Below are positions 40,031-49,010 of a stretch of DNA of 64,000 nt, one piece after another; the stretch's first letter is position 1, and the number at the start of each line of letters is the position of its first letter. Both the position numbers and the translations under genes were made by a program. The stretch is from contig CAVUKB010000005.1 of the NCBI GenBank assembly GCA_963741955.1, positions 448,001 through 512,000 on the forward strand, in the 5' to 3' direction. The DNA is from an uncultured Acidobacteriota bacterium (GTDB lineage: Bacteria > Acidobacteriota > Thermoanaerobaculia > Gp7-AA8). The notes under the pieces are model-generated. The model was given only the letters and a program-made list of their open reading frames with translations. It did no database searches and was not told the origin of the DNA.

Positions 40031-40879
40031 CTAACGCTTCTTTGGGGGCGTGATGTGATCGAGTGGGCTGCCGATCTTGCCGGGCGTCACGTGCGTATAG
40101 GTCTGGGTGGTGCGGAGGTGCGCGTGCCCCATCGCGACCTGAATCATCGGCATCGGCTCGCCCTGCTCCATCAGATGCGTGGCGAAGGAGTGGCGCAGGG
40201 TGCGGTGACAGACGTGCTTGGTCAGGCCGGCGCGGCGCACGGCGATGCGTAAGGCGCGCTGGAACGTGGAGTGGTTGATCGGCCGGGAAGGATCCTTCCG
40301 GATGGGGAACAGCAGATCGCGAGGACGTGTCTCCCGCCACCACTCGCGCAGCAGCTCGAGGGCGATCGGCGAGAGCGGCGCGTAACGATCCTTGAGGCCT
40401 TTGCCCTGCCGCACGCGGATGAGCATGCGCGAAGAATCGATGTCGCCGACCGAGAGCCGGCACACTTCACCAAGGCGCAGGCCGGCCGAGTACGTCACGG
40501 TGATGAGTACGCGATCGCGCAGAGTCTCGGCGGCATCGATGAGCCGCAGGACCTCCTCGGGGGCCAGGACGACGGGAAGGCGACGCTCGCGGTGCATGAA
40601 GGGGATGCGCTCGACCATCTCCTCGCGCCCCAGGACCTTGCAGTAGAAGAGGCGGAGTGCGGACATCACCTGATTGAAGAAGCTGAACGAAGCGTGACGC
40701 TCATCGCGAAGGTGGAGCTGATAGGTGAGGATCTCGTTAGGACCGAGCGTGTCGGGAGAAGCATGAAAGAAGGCCGCGAACTTCGCGACCGCGCCGAGGT
40801 AGGTCTTCTGTGTCCGTTCCGAGTAGTTGCGGACGCGCATGAAGTCGTGCATCCGTTGACGAAGGGGTGAAGTGGCCAT
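40031..40879 (-). CDS. Tyrosine recombinase, IntI-related N-terminus, lacking the integron I2 insertion
   Basis: RNYSERTQKTY N-domain; YSAGLRLGE, GKGLKDR, TLRHSFATH, MGH, TTQTY. Confidence 0.92.
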   Translation of the reverse strand: MATSPLRQRMHDFMRVRNYSERTQKTYLGAVAKFAAFFHASPDTLGPNEILTYQLHLRDERHASFSFFNQVMSALRLFYCKVLGREEMVERIPFMHRERRLPVVLAPEEVLRLIDAAETLRDRVLITVTYSAGLRLGEVCRLSVGDIDSSRMLIRVRQGKGLKDRYAPLSPIALELLREWWRETRPRDLLFPIRKDPSRPINHSTFQRALRIAVRRAGLTKHVCHRTLRHSFATHLMEQGEPMPMIQVAMGHAHLRTTQTYTHVTPGKIGSPLDHITPPKKR

Positions 40880-40985
40880 GACCGATCTCCTTTCATTGAG
40901 ATTCGGTCAGTGGATCACCCCGGACCCTTCGTCGCTACCCGCGCACCCGCCGGGAGGCCGGGCGGCTATGCCGCGCAGCGGCTTC

Positions 40986-41091
40986 GTTCAACAAGCGCTT
41001 GCAGTGGTCCCGGCCCGCTTCGTTCCTGCGTGGCAGCTGGTTTACCGTTGCGCGTCGCGGGCCGGGCGGCTGAGGCGCTGGTCCGTTGGGC
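40986..41091 (+). other. attC site (b)
   Basis: GTTCAAC-AAGCGCTT[G]CAGTGG[T]CCCGGCCCGC ... GCGGGCCGGGCGGCTGAGGCG-CTGGTCC-GTTGGGC. Confidence 0.82.
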
Positions 41092-41140
41092 TGACCGAAG
41101 GACGGCGCGAAATCAGAAACGTGTGAGAACATCATCTCCG

Positions 41141-42181
41141 ATGTACCCGCCACGTCCGCCCGACATTCGCGTTCGGCAGAACGCAGTCGAAGCTCCTCAT
41201 GTCGTGATTCTCGGCGCGGGAGCAAGCATCGCGACCTGCGTGAAAGGCGACCGGGGCGGGCGTCGGCTGCCGGCCATGGGCTCTCTCGTCGATGTTGTGG
41301 GACTTGGACCACTTCTCGATGCCGCCGAGATCCCTCTCGAGCAAAGATCGGACCTTGAAGAGTTGTACGGTTCCATGCTTGCCGACGCGCGTTTGCTTGA
41401 CCTGCGCCATGCGATTGAGATCAAGATCAAAGAGTACTTCGACGACATCGAGCTCCCGCGCGCGGTTACGCTGTATGACGAGCTTCTTCTTACGCTCCGC
41501 CGGAAGGATCTTGTCGCCTCGTTCAACTGGGACCCCCTTTTGATTCAGGCATTTCACCGCAATCGGCACCTTCGTGAGCTCCCCGAAATTGCATTTCTGC
41601 ACGGCAATGTTGGCGTTGGCGTGTGTCTCAAAGATCGCCGCAATGGTTTCTTTGGTGGTCGATGCGGCGCGTGCGGCGAGCTCTACGAGCAGTCGCCGCT
41701 CCTGTATCCAGTTGCCGACAAGCGGTATGACGAGAATCCTTTCATATCAAGCCAGTGGGCACGGCTTGAATCAAAGCTGAGCGACGCATTCATCGTGACC
41801 ATCTTCGGATACTCGGCGCCGGTATCCGATGTGCGAGCCCGTGAGCTCATGCATCTGGCTTGGAACGCGAATGGAGCGCGAACTCTCGCCGAGATCGAGA
41901 TTGTTGACATTCGACCGAGACGGGCACTGGTAAAGAGCTGGGAGCAATTCATAACCGGTGGCCACTATTCGATTCGAAAGCGCGTATCCGGTACCTTGGC
42001 GTTCCGTTTTCCGCGACGGAGTTGCGATGCATGGGGCTGGGCGGTGCTGCAGAACGATCCGTGGCGAGAGCGTCCACTGCCACGCTACGGCCGCCTCGAT
42101 CGCCTGCAACGATGGTGTGAACCGCTTGTAGTCGAAGAAGCTGAACACTATGACCGCGGAATGCCGCTCACGCAGTGGTGA
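41141..42181 (+). CDS. Cassette-borne SIR2-like domain protein
   Basis: VILGAGAS, SFNWDPLL, LHG, IFGYS motifs and a CxxC. ATG is downstream of attC b. Confidence 0.72.
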   Translation: MYPPRPPDIRVRQNAVEAPHVVILGAGASIATCVKGDRGGRRLPAMGSLVDVVGLGPLLDAAEIPLEQRSDLEELYGSMLADARLLDLRHAIEIKIKEYFDDIELPRAVTLYDELLLTLRRKDLVASFNWDPLLIQAFHRNRHLRELPEIAFLHGNVGVGVCLKDRRNGFFGGRCGACGELYEQSPLLYPVADKRYDENPFISSQWARLESKLSDAFIVTIFGYSAPVSDVRARELMHLAWNANGARTLAEIEIVDIRPRRALVKSWEQFITGGHYSIRKRVSGTLAFRFPRRSCDAWGWAVLQNDPWRERPLPRYGRLDRLQRWCEPLVVEEAEHYDRGMPLTQW

Positions 42182-42190
42182 GAGCCGGCA

Positions 42191-42293
42191 GCCCAACTTT
42201 CGCACTGCACCGGCCGTGGGCCCGCACCGCGGCAAGCGAAAGAGTACAATCCCCGTGAGCGGGTCCACGCCGGTGAGCGCGGAAACGTTGGGC
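42191..42293 (+). other. attC site (c)
   Basis: GCCCAAC..CT[G]CACCGG[C]CGTGGGCCCGC / GCGGGTCCACGCCGGTGAG..GTTGGGC. Confidence 0.85.
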
Positions 42294-42311
42294 GGCAGGA
42301 GCCACATTCGG

Positions 42312-42644
42312 ATGCAAAAAGCCAAGACGGTGACGGCGGCGGTATTTGGCGTGGGCTTGCTCGCCCTCGCCGCGCTCACGTTCGCGGAAGCTCGTGCCGC
42401 GCACCTCAGTCCGTCGGAATATCACTTTGGAAGCGAAGCTATGCTCTTCCACGGCGGCTGGATCTATCAGTCGCAGGCCTCGTACGTTAGGACGACCTTG
42501 CTGGAGGGAAGTTTGTTCCTAGCCGCGGGGGGCGCCTCGGTAGCGTTTGTTTTTCTAAAACGGTGGCCGTACGCAGCGATCGCACTGATCGCGGCGCTCG
42601 TCGGAATCGGTGTCCATCTCAGTGCAATCGTGCCGGCCGCGTGA
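42312..42644 (+). CDS. Cassette-borne small membrane protein (3 TM)
   Basis: AGGAG RBS, hydrophobic segments, stop directly before R''. Confidence 0.7.
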   Translation: MQKAKTVTAAVFGVGLLALAALTFAEARAAHLSPSEYHFGSEAMLFHGGWIYQSQASYVRTTLLEGSLFLAAGGASVAFVFLKRWPYAAIALIAALVGIGVHLSAIVPAA

Positions 42645-42648
42645 TGCC

Positions 42649-42752
42649 GCCCAACTCGCAGTCGCACCGGACGCCGACCGCTGCGTTACTCCCCTCCCGG
42701 TTGTGTCATCATCGCGCGGCGGACAGCGCCGGTGAGCGCCGAGCCGTTGGGC
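42649..42752 (+). other. attC site (d)
   Basis: GCCCAAC..[G]CACCGG[A]CGCCGACCGC / GCGGACAGCGCCGGTG..GTTGGGC. Confidence 0.8.
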
Positions 42753-42775
42753 GTCATGACCCCCACAATCACCCA

Positions 42776-43150
42776 ATCACCACGCGGCCCCTGACCGATG
42801 ATGAACTGCGCCTCGCCCGCTGGATGCTCGAGAACGGCGGTCCCGACGCACGCGCCTACCTCAGTCAACTCGAGGCATCAGAGGCGACAACGTGGCGTTG
42901 CCCCTGCGTCTGCGCGAGCTTCAACTTCAAGGTGCAGGGGAGGCAGGAAGCTCCTCCCGGTGTGCACATCCTCCGGGACTTCGTGTTCGGTTCTGAAGCA
43001 AACCTCTCGGGCGTATTCATTTTCGAAAGCAATCGCACCCTCAGTGGAGTTGAAGTCTATGGGTTGGCCGGGGATGCGCCAGCTGCCCTTCCGGAACCAG
43101 GGTCGCTTCGTCCTTGGGGCTCGCACCCGGAGGTGTCGATGAAGATGTAA
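42776..43150 (+). pseudogene. Cassette ORF of unknown function (CPCxCAS motif), start damaged or uncertain, 3' end replaced by an IS end
   Basis: Coherent frame RPLTDDE..RCPCVCASFNF..GVEVY. The ATG at 42756 is out of frame. The last codons come from the IS21-like end. Confidence 0.5.
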
Positions 43151-43188
43151 AAGTGACCCACTGCGAAGTAGTAAGAGTTGACCACCTG
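43134..43188 (+). mobile_element. Isolated IS21-family-like terminal repeat
   Basis: Begins TGT and carries tandem subrepeats GTAAAAGTGACCCAC / GTAAGAGTTGACCAC. No istA/istB follows. Confidence 0.55.
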
Positions 43189-43288
43189 AGGGGAAGGGGC
43201 TCCGCCGGGGAGAGAGGCACGGGCGACCGTGCTGGGTGATGATTCCTCCGTCCGGAGGCGAGCGGAGCGAGCCGGAGGGCGCGAGGGG

Positions 43289-44091
43289 GCAGAGTCAGGC
43301 CTTCGCCCGTCGGCTCTGTTTGCTAAGTATTTGACACGACCTCACTTCGAGGTACGTTTCGCTGCGCACAATCCTGCGACTGCCACAGCCGGATCGCCGA
43401 TCTGGACCCACCGAGGAAGGCTTGCGGAGACGCCGACGATTCTATGAGGAGTAGAATCCACGGCGTCTCGTGAAGCCCAGGGTTTCTCGAGCCCATGCCA
43501 CGATCCACTTCGCCTCGGGTTCCCGGCGCGATCTTCCACGCCCCTGCGCACAAGGAAGTTCCGAAATGCCAATTACTTCTGAATGGTAACCAACAGGCAG
43601 AGCCCTGACTCTACTCACCCCGAGACAACATCGAAGGATCGCGTCATTTCTACGGAAAAACCTTCCGCCTTCGCCGCGGGTCATCGGAGAGTACTCGACC
43701 GATACCGATTCGGGGTTTGTTCAGGCCGGCGAACAACGTCTCGAGGCGAACGGAGCGATGAACGTGAAATCGGATTTTCGATCGTTCTATCGGCTGGTAG
43801 GCTTTCTCGAACTCGCTCTTGAAATTCCTGATCCGTACGAGAGGGCAGGGTCAGGCCTTCGCCCGTCGCTCTTCACGATGAGTGTCGGAGCGTTCGCCCG
43901 GGTGGAGCACGCTGTGAGAGCGCAGGGTCAGGCCTTCGCCCGTCGGCTCTGTTAGCTAAGTATTTGACACGACCTCACTTCGACGCACGGTTCGCTGCGC
44001 AGAATCCTGCGACTGCCACAGCCGGACCGCCGATCTGGACCCACCGAGGAAGGCTTGCGGAGACGCCGACGATTCTATGAGGGGTGGAATC
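43289..44091 (+). repeat. 170-bp direct repeat pair (43289-43458, 43922-44091) plus a 24-bp partial copy at 43845
   Basis: GCAG.GTCAGGCCTTCGCCCGTCGGCTCTGTT.GCTAAGTATTTGACACGACCTCAC...GATTCTATGAGG present twice. Confidence 0.88.
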
Positions 44092-44098
44092 TCGTTTC

Positions 44099-44178
44099 GC
44101 TGCTTTCGCGGCCTGCGGCCCCGAGACAGCCTCCTGGCTGGCGCTCGGCCGCAGCCGCTGAGCAGCAAACCGTCAGGG
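44099..44178 (+). other. Degenerate attC-like remnant
   Basis: GCTGCT..GCGG[C]CTGCGGCC / GGCCGCAGCCGCTGAGCAGC followed by GTCAGGG at the R' position. No R''. Confidence 0.35.
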
Positions 44179-44296
44179 GCTCGGAAGCCGCCTTCGGCCA
44201 GGCTTTTATTACTATTCCATTCACCGTTCCCAGCGCGGGCGTGGCACCTGATCGGCCACTTTTGGACCCCACATCCGAACGAGTCACAGGAGAATC

Positions 44297-44926
44297 ATGA
44301 GCAAACTGTTCGTCAACATCGCGCTCAGCCTCGACGGCTACATGGCACCGGAAGGAATGACCATGGAGAACCCCGGGTATATGAATTGGGGCGCCAAGTG
44401 GGGCGCGCTGATGGCCTGGCTCCTCAATTCGCAGTACTTCCGCGAGATCCTCGAGCTCGGCCCCGGGGGAAAGACCGGTCCGGTCAACGACATGGTTCGC
44501 TCCACGTTCGAGCGCACCGGTGCCAACATCATGGGGAAGCGTATGTTCGACCAGGGTGAGGTCAGTTGGCCGGAGGAAGCTCCGTTCCACACCCCGGTCT
44601 ACGTCCTCACCCACCAGAAACGAGACCCCTGGGCACGTCCGGGCGGAACCACGTTCTACTTCATCAACGAAGGGCCCGAACGCGCGCTCGCGCTGGCTCG
44701 GGAGGCTGCTGGCAGTCGTGACATCCGCATTTCAGGAGGCGCGGATGTGATCCAGCAGTACTTGAACCTCGGTGTCGTCGATGAGCTGGAAATTGCCTTG
44801 GCGCCCGTGTTCTTCGGCGGCGGGCGACGACTCTTCGAAAACCTCAGCGAGCCCGGACCTCAGTTTCGCATCGACAAAGTTCTCGATGGTCCGGCCGCAA
44901 CGCACCTGCGATACGTGCATAAGTAA
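44297..44926 (+). CDS. Dihydrofolate reductase-fold (RibD C-terminal) protein
   Basis: SLDGY, IMGKRMF, ISGGA, VDELEI..APVFFGGG..LF. AGGAG RBS. Confidence 0.9.
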   Translation: MSKLFVNIALSLDGYMAPEGMTMENPGYMNWGAKWGALMAWLLNSQYFREILELGPGGKTGPVNDMVRSTFERTGANIMGKRMFDQGEVSWPEEAPFHTPVYVLTHQKRDPWARPGGTTFYFINEGPERALALAREAAGSRDIRISGGADVIQQYLNLGVVDELEIALAPVFFGGGRRLFENLSEPGPQFRIDKVLDGPAATHLRYVHK

Positions 44927-45297
44927 GCGTCACAGCAATTGCGGAGCAACTGAAGGCTCGGCGGTGCTGGTTCAGGATACCCGGTTGACCCGATACCTGG
45001 TGTTCGGTGGTTTCGAGTACACATTTCGATTTCCGCTGCCATTCTGTCGTCCGTGTGCGCCGACGATTCGGAGACGACCTGCATCACCACTCCACCAGCT
45101 GATGGTGTTCGGCGTTTCTTCGTCATCGGCCTCTAGATCGATACGATCGTCGGCATCCTCCTCCGGTCGTCGATCCTGATCGACCGTCCGTGGCCGTGTA
45201 GTCCATCTTCGCTGTCGGCGCGGCTGAAGCGATGGCCATCGATTACGCCTTCGCATTCATCCTTGGACTCGCCCTCACGAAGATCCGCCACTCACGA

Positions 45298-45397
45298 CAT
45301 GTCGTCCGCTTCGCGGACTCCATGACTTTCCTGCCGTCTGCCCGTTCCCGGGGCTCACGCCCCGGGCTACAGATATATCGTCCGCTTCGCGGACTCC
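45298..45397 (-). repeat. REP/MITE-like element, family C
   Basis: TCGTCCGCTTCGCGGACT twice, flanking CCCGGGGCTCACGCCCCGGG. Confidence 0.6.
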
Positions 45398-45809
45398 GTC
45401 AACCAGCGCTGCAACCGACCCACACGGCGCTGCGCCGCGCCACCAATCGATCGGAGATCTCTCCATTGTGCCACTGCCAACTCAGCATCACCCGTGTCCC
45501 GGCCAGAAACGGAGCGAAACGCCAGAACCACGCGAGCGTCCAGGCGTAAGCCGATGCGGGAGTGCATGAAAGGAACGAACGGCGGGGTACCGCCACCGGT
45601 GCCCCTCCGTTCGAATGCTTCTGTCACAGGCATCCTCTCGATCCGCTCCGAACGCGAGCGTCGCGGCGGCTTGCAAGTCCGCACTCCATCCGCTCAGAAG
45701 GCGATGATCGCAGCGGACTGCAGATCCGCACTCCACCCGCCAGCGCTCGGCTCGGTCCCTCCACCCGCCGATGGCCGCTCTCTCGAAGAGCCGACGATCG
45801 ACTGCCGGC

Positions 45810-46283
45810 TCACGAGACGCGCTCCTCCCGCCCCCGCGGCTCGTACCCTCCTACCTCCGTGCGGAATGAGATGGCGAGACGGTTCCACCCGTTGATGGTG
45901 ATCACCGCCATCGTCAGATTCACGAGCTCGCCCTCGTCGAAGTATTGTCTCGCTTCCTCGTACAACGCGTCGCTGACTCCGCCCCGCCCGATCTCGGTCA
46001 CCGCCTCCGTCCACGCGAGAGCTGCGCGTTCCCGCGGCGTGAAGAATGGCGTCTCGCGCCAGACCGGGATCGCGTAGAGACGCTGCTCCTTCTCCCCCGC
46101 CGCGCGTGCATCCTTCGTGTGCATGTCGACACAGTAGGCGCAGCCGTTGATGTAGGAGGCGCGCAGTTTCACCAGCTCGAGCAACTCGTGCTCGAGCCCA
46201 CAGCCGTCGACGTACTGCTGCATCGCAAACATGGCGCGGTACGCGCCGGCGTGGTCGTTCGAGTCATGGATTCGTTCGGACAT
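45810..46283 (-). CDS. Carboxymuconolactone decarboxylase/AhpD-family protein
   Basis: LVKLRASYINGCAYCVDMH..INGWNR. Confidence 0.92.
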   Translation of the reverse strand: MSERIHDSNDHAGAYRAMFAMQQYVDGCGLEHELLELVKLRASYINGCAYCVDMHTKDARAAGEKEQRLYAIPVWRETPFFTPRERAALAWTEAVTEIGRGGVSDALYEEARQYFDEGELVNLTMAVITINGWNRLAISFRTEVGGYEPRGREERVS

Positions 46284-46299
46284 GTTTTCCTCTATTCTG

Positions 46300-46376
46300 A
46301 AGCATAGACGGATGGGGACCCGCGTTTGTGACGGCTCGAACGGTGTCACGAACGCGCGGCTCGTTCGTCTATGCTT
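46300..46376. promoter_or_regulatory. Divergent pair of ECF41-type promoters
   Basis: Plus strand TGTCACG-N15-CGTC (46344-46369); minus strand CGTCACA-N16-CGTC (46333-46307). Known ECF41 consensus is TGTCACA-N16-CGTC. Confidence 0.7.
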
Positions 46377-46381
46377 GCGGA

Positions 46382-47272
46382 ATGGAGACCGACCTTCGAT
46401 CTGGCGACCTCGACCATCTTCGTCCTCGGCTCTTCGCGATCGCATACCGGATGCTCGGTAACGTCCACGACGCGGAAGATCTCGCCCAGGAGGCGTTCCT
46501 CCGGTGGCATCAGTCGCCGCGGGAAGACGTCGTGCAACCGGAGGCGTGGCTGGTCGCGGTGGTCACGCGCCTCGCGATCGACCGCTTGCGGCGGAGGGTG
46601 CACGAACAGTCGGAGTACCCCGGACCATGGCTCCCTGAACCGATCGCTCCGGAGCGCGTTGCCCCCCCTCCCGATCGCAAGGTCGAGCTCGCGTCGGATC
46701 TCTCCATGGCATTTCTGGTCCTCCTCGAGCGGCTGTCGCCGGATGAGCGTGCGGCGTTCCTCCTGCGCGAGGTCTTCGAATACCGCTATGACGACATCGC
46801 CCGCATCCTGGAGAAGTCTCCCTCCGCCGCACGTCAGATCGTCCACCGCGCTCGCGAGCGGGTCCGCTCGGACCGCCCGCGCTTCGTGGTCGCGCCGGAA
46901 GTGACGGAGACTCTTCTCCGGCGTTTCGTCGCCGCGCTGGAGCGGGAGGACGAGGCCGAGATGATGGCGCTGTTCGCCCCCGAGGCGACGCTCACGAGCG
47001 ACGGCGGAGGAAAGGTCGCGGCGGCGCGTCGCGTGATCCGCGGCGCAGACCGCGTGGTCCGGATGCTCCTCGGCATCGAACGAAAATACGGCCATCCGTT
47101 CCGCTATCGGATCGTCGAGCTGAACGGCGAGCCGGCGCTCGTGCAGGACGTGTCGGGAGACGTTTTCTCCTCGACGTTCGTCGAGACGGACGGAACGCGG
47201 ATCCTCGCGCTGTACCGGGTGATGAACCCGGACAAGCTTGGCGATGTCCGCCCCGGCGTCGCCGACGCTTGA
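46382..47272 (+). CDS. sigJ: ECF41 (SigJ-like) sigma factor with SnoaL-like C-terminus
   Basis: LFAIAYRMLG, YPGPWLPEP, SDGGGK, MNPDKL signature motifs. Confidence 0.92.
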   Translation: METDLRSGDLDHLRPRLFAIAYRMLGNVHDAEDLAQEAFLRWHQSPREDVVQPEAWLVAVVTRLAIDRLRRRVHEQSEYPGPWLPEPIAPERVAPPPDRKVELASDLSMAFLVLLERLSPDERAAFLLREVFEYRYDDIARILEKSPSAARQIVHRARERVRSDRPRFVVAPEVTETLLRRFVAALEREDEAEMMALFAPEATLTSDGGGKVAAARRVIRGADRVVRMLLGIERKYGHPFRYRIVELNGEPALVQDVSGDVFSSTFVETDGTRILALYRVMNPDKLGDVRPGVADA

Positions 47273-47645
47273 GGCCCCACCATCTCCCGGCGCGCGCGTT
47301 CGCTCGGGACGGAACGCCGACGTCGGAAATCAACACCCTTTCGACGGATACTCCTGCGGTCCGGACCGCGGTGATCTCGACCGGCGCGGAATACGCGCTC
47401 GTCTACGATACGGCCCTCATTTACAGTGAGCGCGCGAGTGCCCTGATGATGTCGCCTTCCCCCGAGGGCCCGCAAATCGATACGCCGAACGCCTCGAGCA
47501 CGATTCGCTGGTCGGGTGTCCGCATGTACATCTGCCGTCCCGACTATCTGCTGCTCATCGATCAGTCGAATGGGGTGTTCGGTCTTCCCCGGGACTTCTT
47601 CGTTTCCGTCGAACAATTCCAGCTTGCGATGGCGATCGTTCGTGG

Positions 47646-47807
47646 GCGCTCGCCGCGTTCCTGCAGATCGTCACCGAACGTCCTCTCCACGCGCACGTCG
47701 CCGAACACAACGCCGGCTCGATCCACGTCCTCGAGAAGTGCGCCTTCCGGTTCGAACGCGAGGAGGAGGGCGGAGAAATCGTCGAGCGGGTCTTCGTGCT
47801 CGAGTGA
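47646..47807 (+). pseudogene. 3' fragment of a RimJ/RimL-type GNAT acetyltransferase
   Basis: ALAAFLQIVTERPLHAHVAEHNAGSIHVLEKCAF..VLE* with no start or N-terminal half. Confidence 0.6.
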
Positions 47808-47834
47808 GGGGCTCGCTCCTTGCGCGACGGCGCG

Positions 47835-48067
47835 CCTCCCCTCTTCCCATCCGGGGTCATGTCTTCAGCGTAATCAATGATTCGGGCGAGGGGCGACGGG
47901 ATCTTCCTCATGCTGAGCGGGAGGGCTGAAGTTCATGAGTCGTGCGAGTGGCACGATGTCTCTTTGCTCGAGTTTCGACACAACTATCGGGGCTGCCCCT
48001 CACCCTGCCCTCTCCCCGAAGCGCGGACCTCAGCTGAAGACATGACCCCGGACGGGGAGAGGGGGAG
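47835..48067. repeat. Inverted pair of family-B REP elements
   Basis: CCGGGGTCATGTCTTCAGC at about 47851 and its complement GCTGAAGACATGACCCCGG at about 48033. Confidence 0.75.
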
Positions 48068-48220
48068 CGGCGCGAGAGGGAGTAGAAATCGAGCATGGGC
48101 AGGACTCGGACGCCGCTCGCGCCGATGAAGTCGCGGTTCGTCAGCCCCGCGGAAGACGAACTGGCCGCGAAGGCACGCGTACGAGATAATGCGATCACTC
48201 GTTGCGTTCGAGCGTCGACA

Positions 48221-48763
48221 ATGCGACCACTTCGCTATTCGATCAACGTCACGCTGGACGGCTGTTGTGATCATCGGGCGATCGTCCCGAACGAAGACGT
48301 ACACCGTGTCGCACTGGAGAATATCGAGCGGTCCGATGCCCTCCTCTTCGGCCGGGTGACGTACGAGATGATGGAGGCCGGCTGGCGAGGAACACCTGCG
48401 GAGCCGAGGCCCGATTGGATGGAACCGTTCGCCCGAACGATCGACGCGGCGAAGAAGTACGTCGTGTCGAGCACCCTGACCCGGGTCGACTGGAACGCGG
48501 AGCTCGTCCGCGGCGATCTCCGGACCGCCGTCGAGCGGCTGAAGCAGGAGCCGGGAAAGGGATTGCTCGTGGGAGGCATGACCCTTCCGCTCGCGCTCGC
48601 GGAGCTCGGATTGATCGACGAGTACGAGCTCGTCGTGCAGCCACGGGTGGCCGGCCACGGACCGACGTTGCTCGCAGGCCTCTCGAAACCACGCGACCTC
48701 GAGCTCGTGAGCCGGGTCGAGCTCGACTCGGGCGTGGTGGCGCTGAGGTACGTGCCATCTTGA
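48221..48763 (+). CDS. Dihydrofolate reductase-fold (RibD C-terminal) protein
   Basis: TLDG, LLFGRVTYEMM, KYVVSSTL, GLIDEY. Confidence 0.9.
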   Translation: MRPLRYSINVTLDGCCDHRAIVPNEDVHRVALENIERSDALLFGRVTYEMMEAGWRGTPAEPRPDWMEPFARTIDAAKKYVVSSTLTRVDWNAELVRGDLRTAVERLKQEPGKGLLVGGMTLPLALAELGLIDEYELVVQPRVAGHGPTLLAGLSKPRDLELVSRVELDSGVVALRYVPS

Positions 48764-48818
48764 ACGAACCCGCCATCCACCACCGTGTCGGCGCGCGCAT
48801 CCGAGGTACAATCCGAAG

Positions 48819-49010
48819 ATGCCGACCAAGGTCCGCGAAGCCATCAGGATGCTCGAAGCGGACGGATGGTATCTGGTGAAATCGAAGGGTGGTCACCGGC
48901 AGTTCAAACATCCTGAAAAGCCGGGTCGAGTGACCGTTCCGGGAAATCCGGGCGACGATCTCGCAACCGGTACGTTCAACAGCGTTTTGAAGTAGGCAGG
49001 GCTGAAATGA
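48819..49010 (+). pseudogene. hicA: HicA toxin with in-frame TAG (48993-48995) just before the expected stop
   Basis: MPTKVREAIRMLEADGW..KGGHRQFKHP..GRVTVPG..GTFNSVLK*AGLK*. May still be functional as a 58-aa protein. Confidence 0.8.

Larger units (their letters stand above)
38642..40992 (-). mobile_element. Tyrosine recombinase + IS91-type transposase module with attC-R-box-like inverted ends
   Basis: Ends GTTGGACGAAGCCGC (38642-38656) and GCGGCTTCGTTCAAC (40978-40992) are 14/15 complementary and enclose the two genes. Confidence 0.8.

Noticed and set aside
40031-40879. Canonical integron integrase intI
   Set aside because: It lacks the IntI-specific insertion between patch II and patch III, is only 282 aa, and lies inside the array coupled to a transposase.
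40910-41140. N-terminal extensions of cassette ORFs (40910, 42150, 42563, 38081)
   Set aside because: They run through attC sites. Starts downstream of each R' box are more plausible.
47269-47880. 203-aa ORF as a real gene
   Set aside because: It appears to be a mosaic: a possible YcxB-like fragment joined to an out-of-frame GNAT fragment and REP DNA.
48993-48995. Pyrrolysine or programmed readthrough in hicA
   Set aside because: No pyl genes are seen, other genes here use TAG as a normal stop, and a point mutation is simpler.
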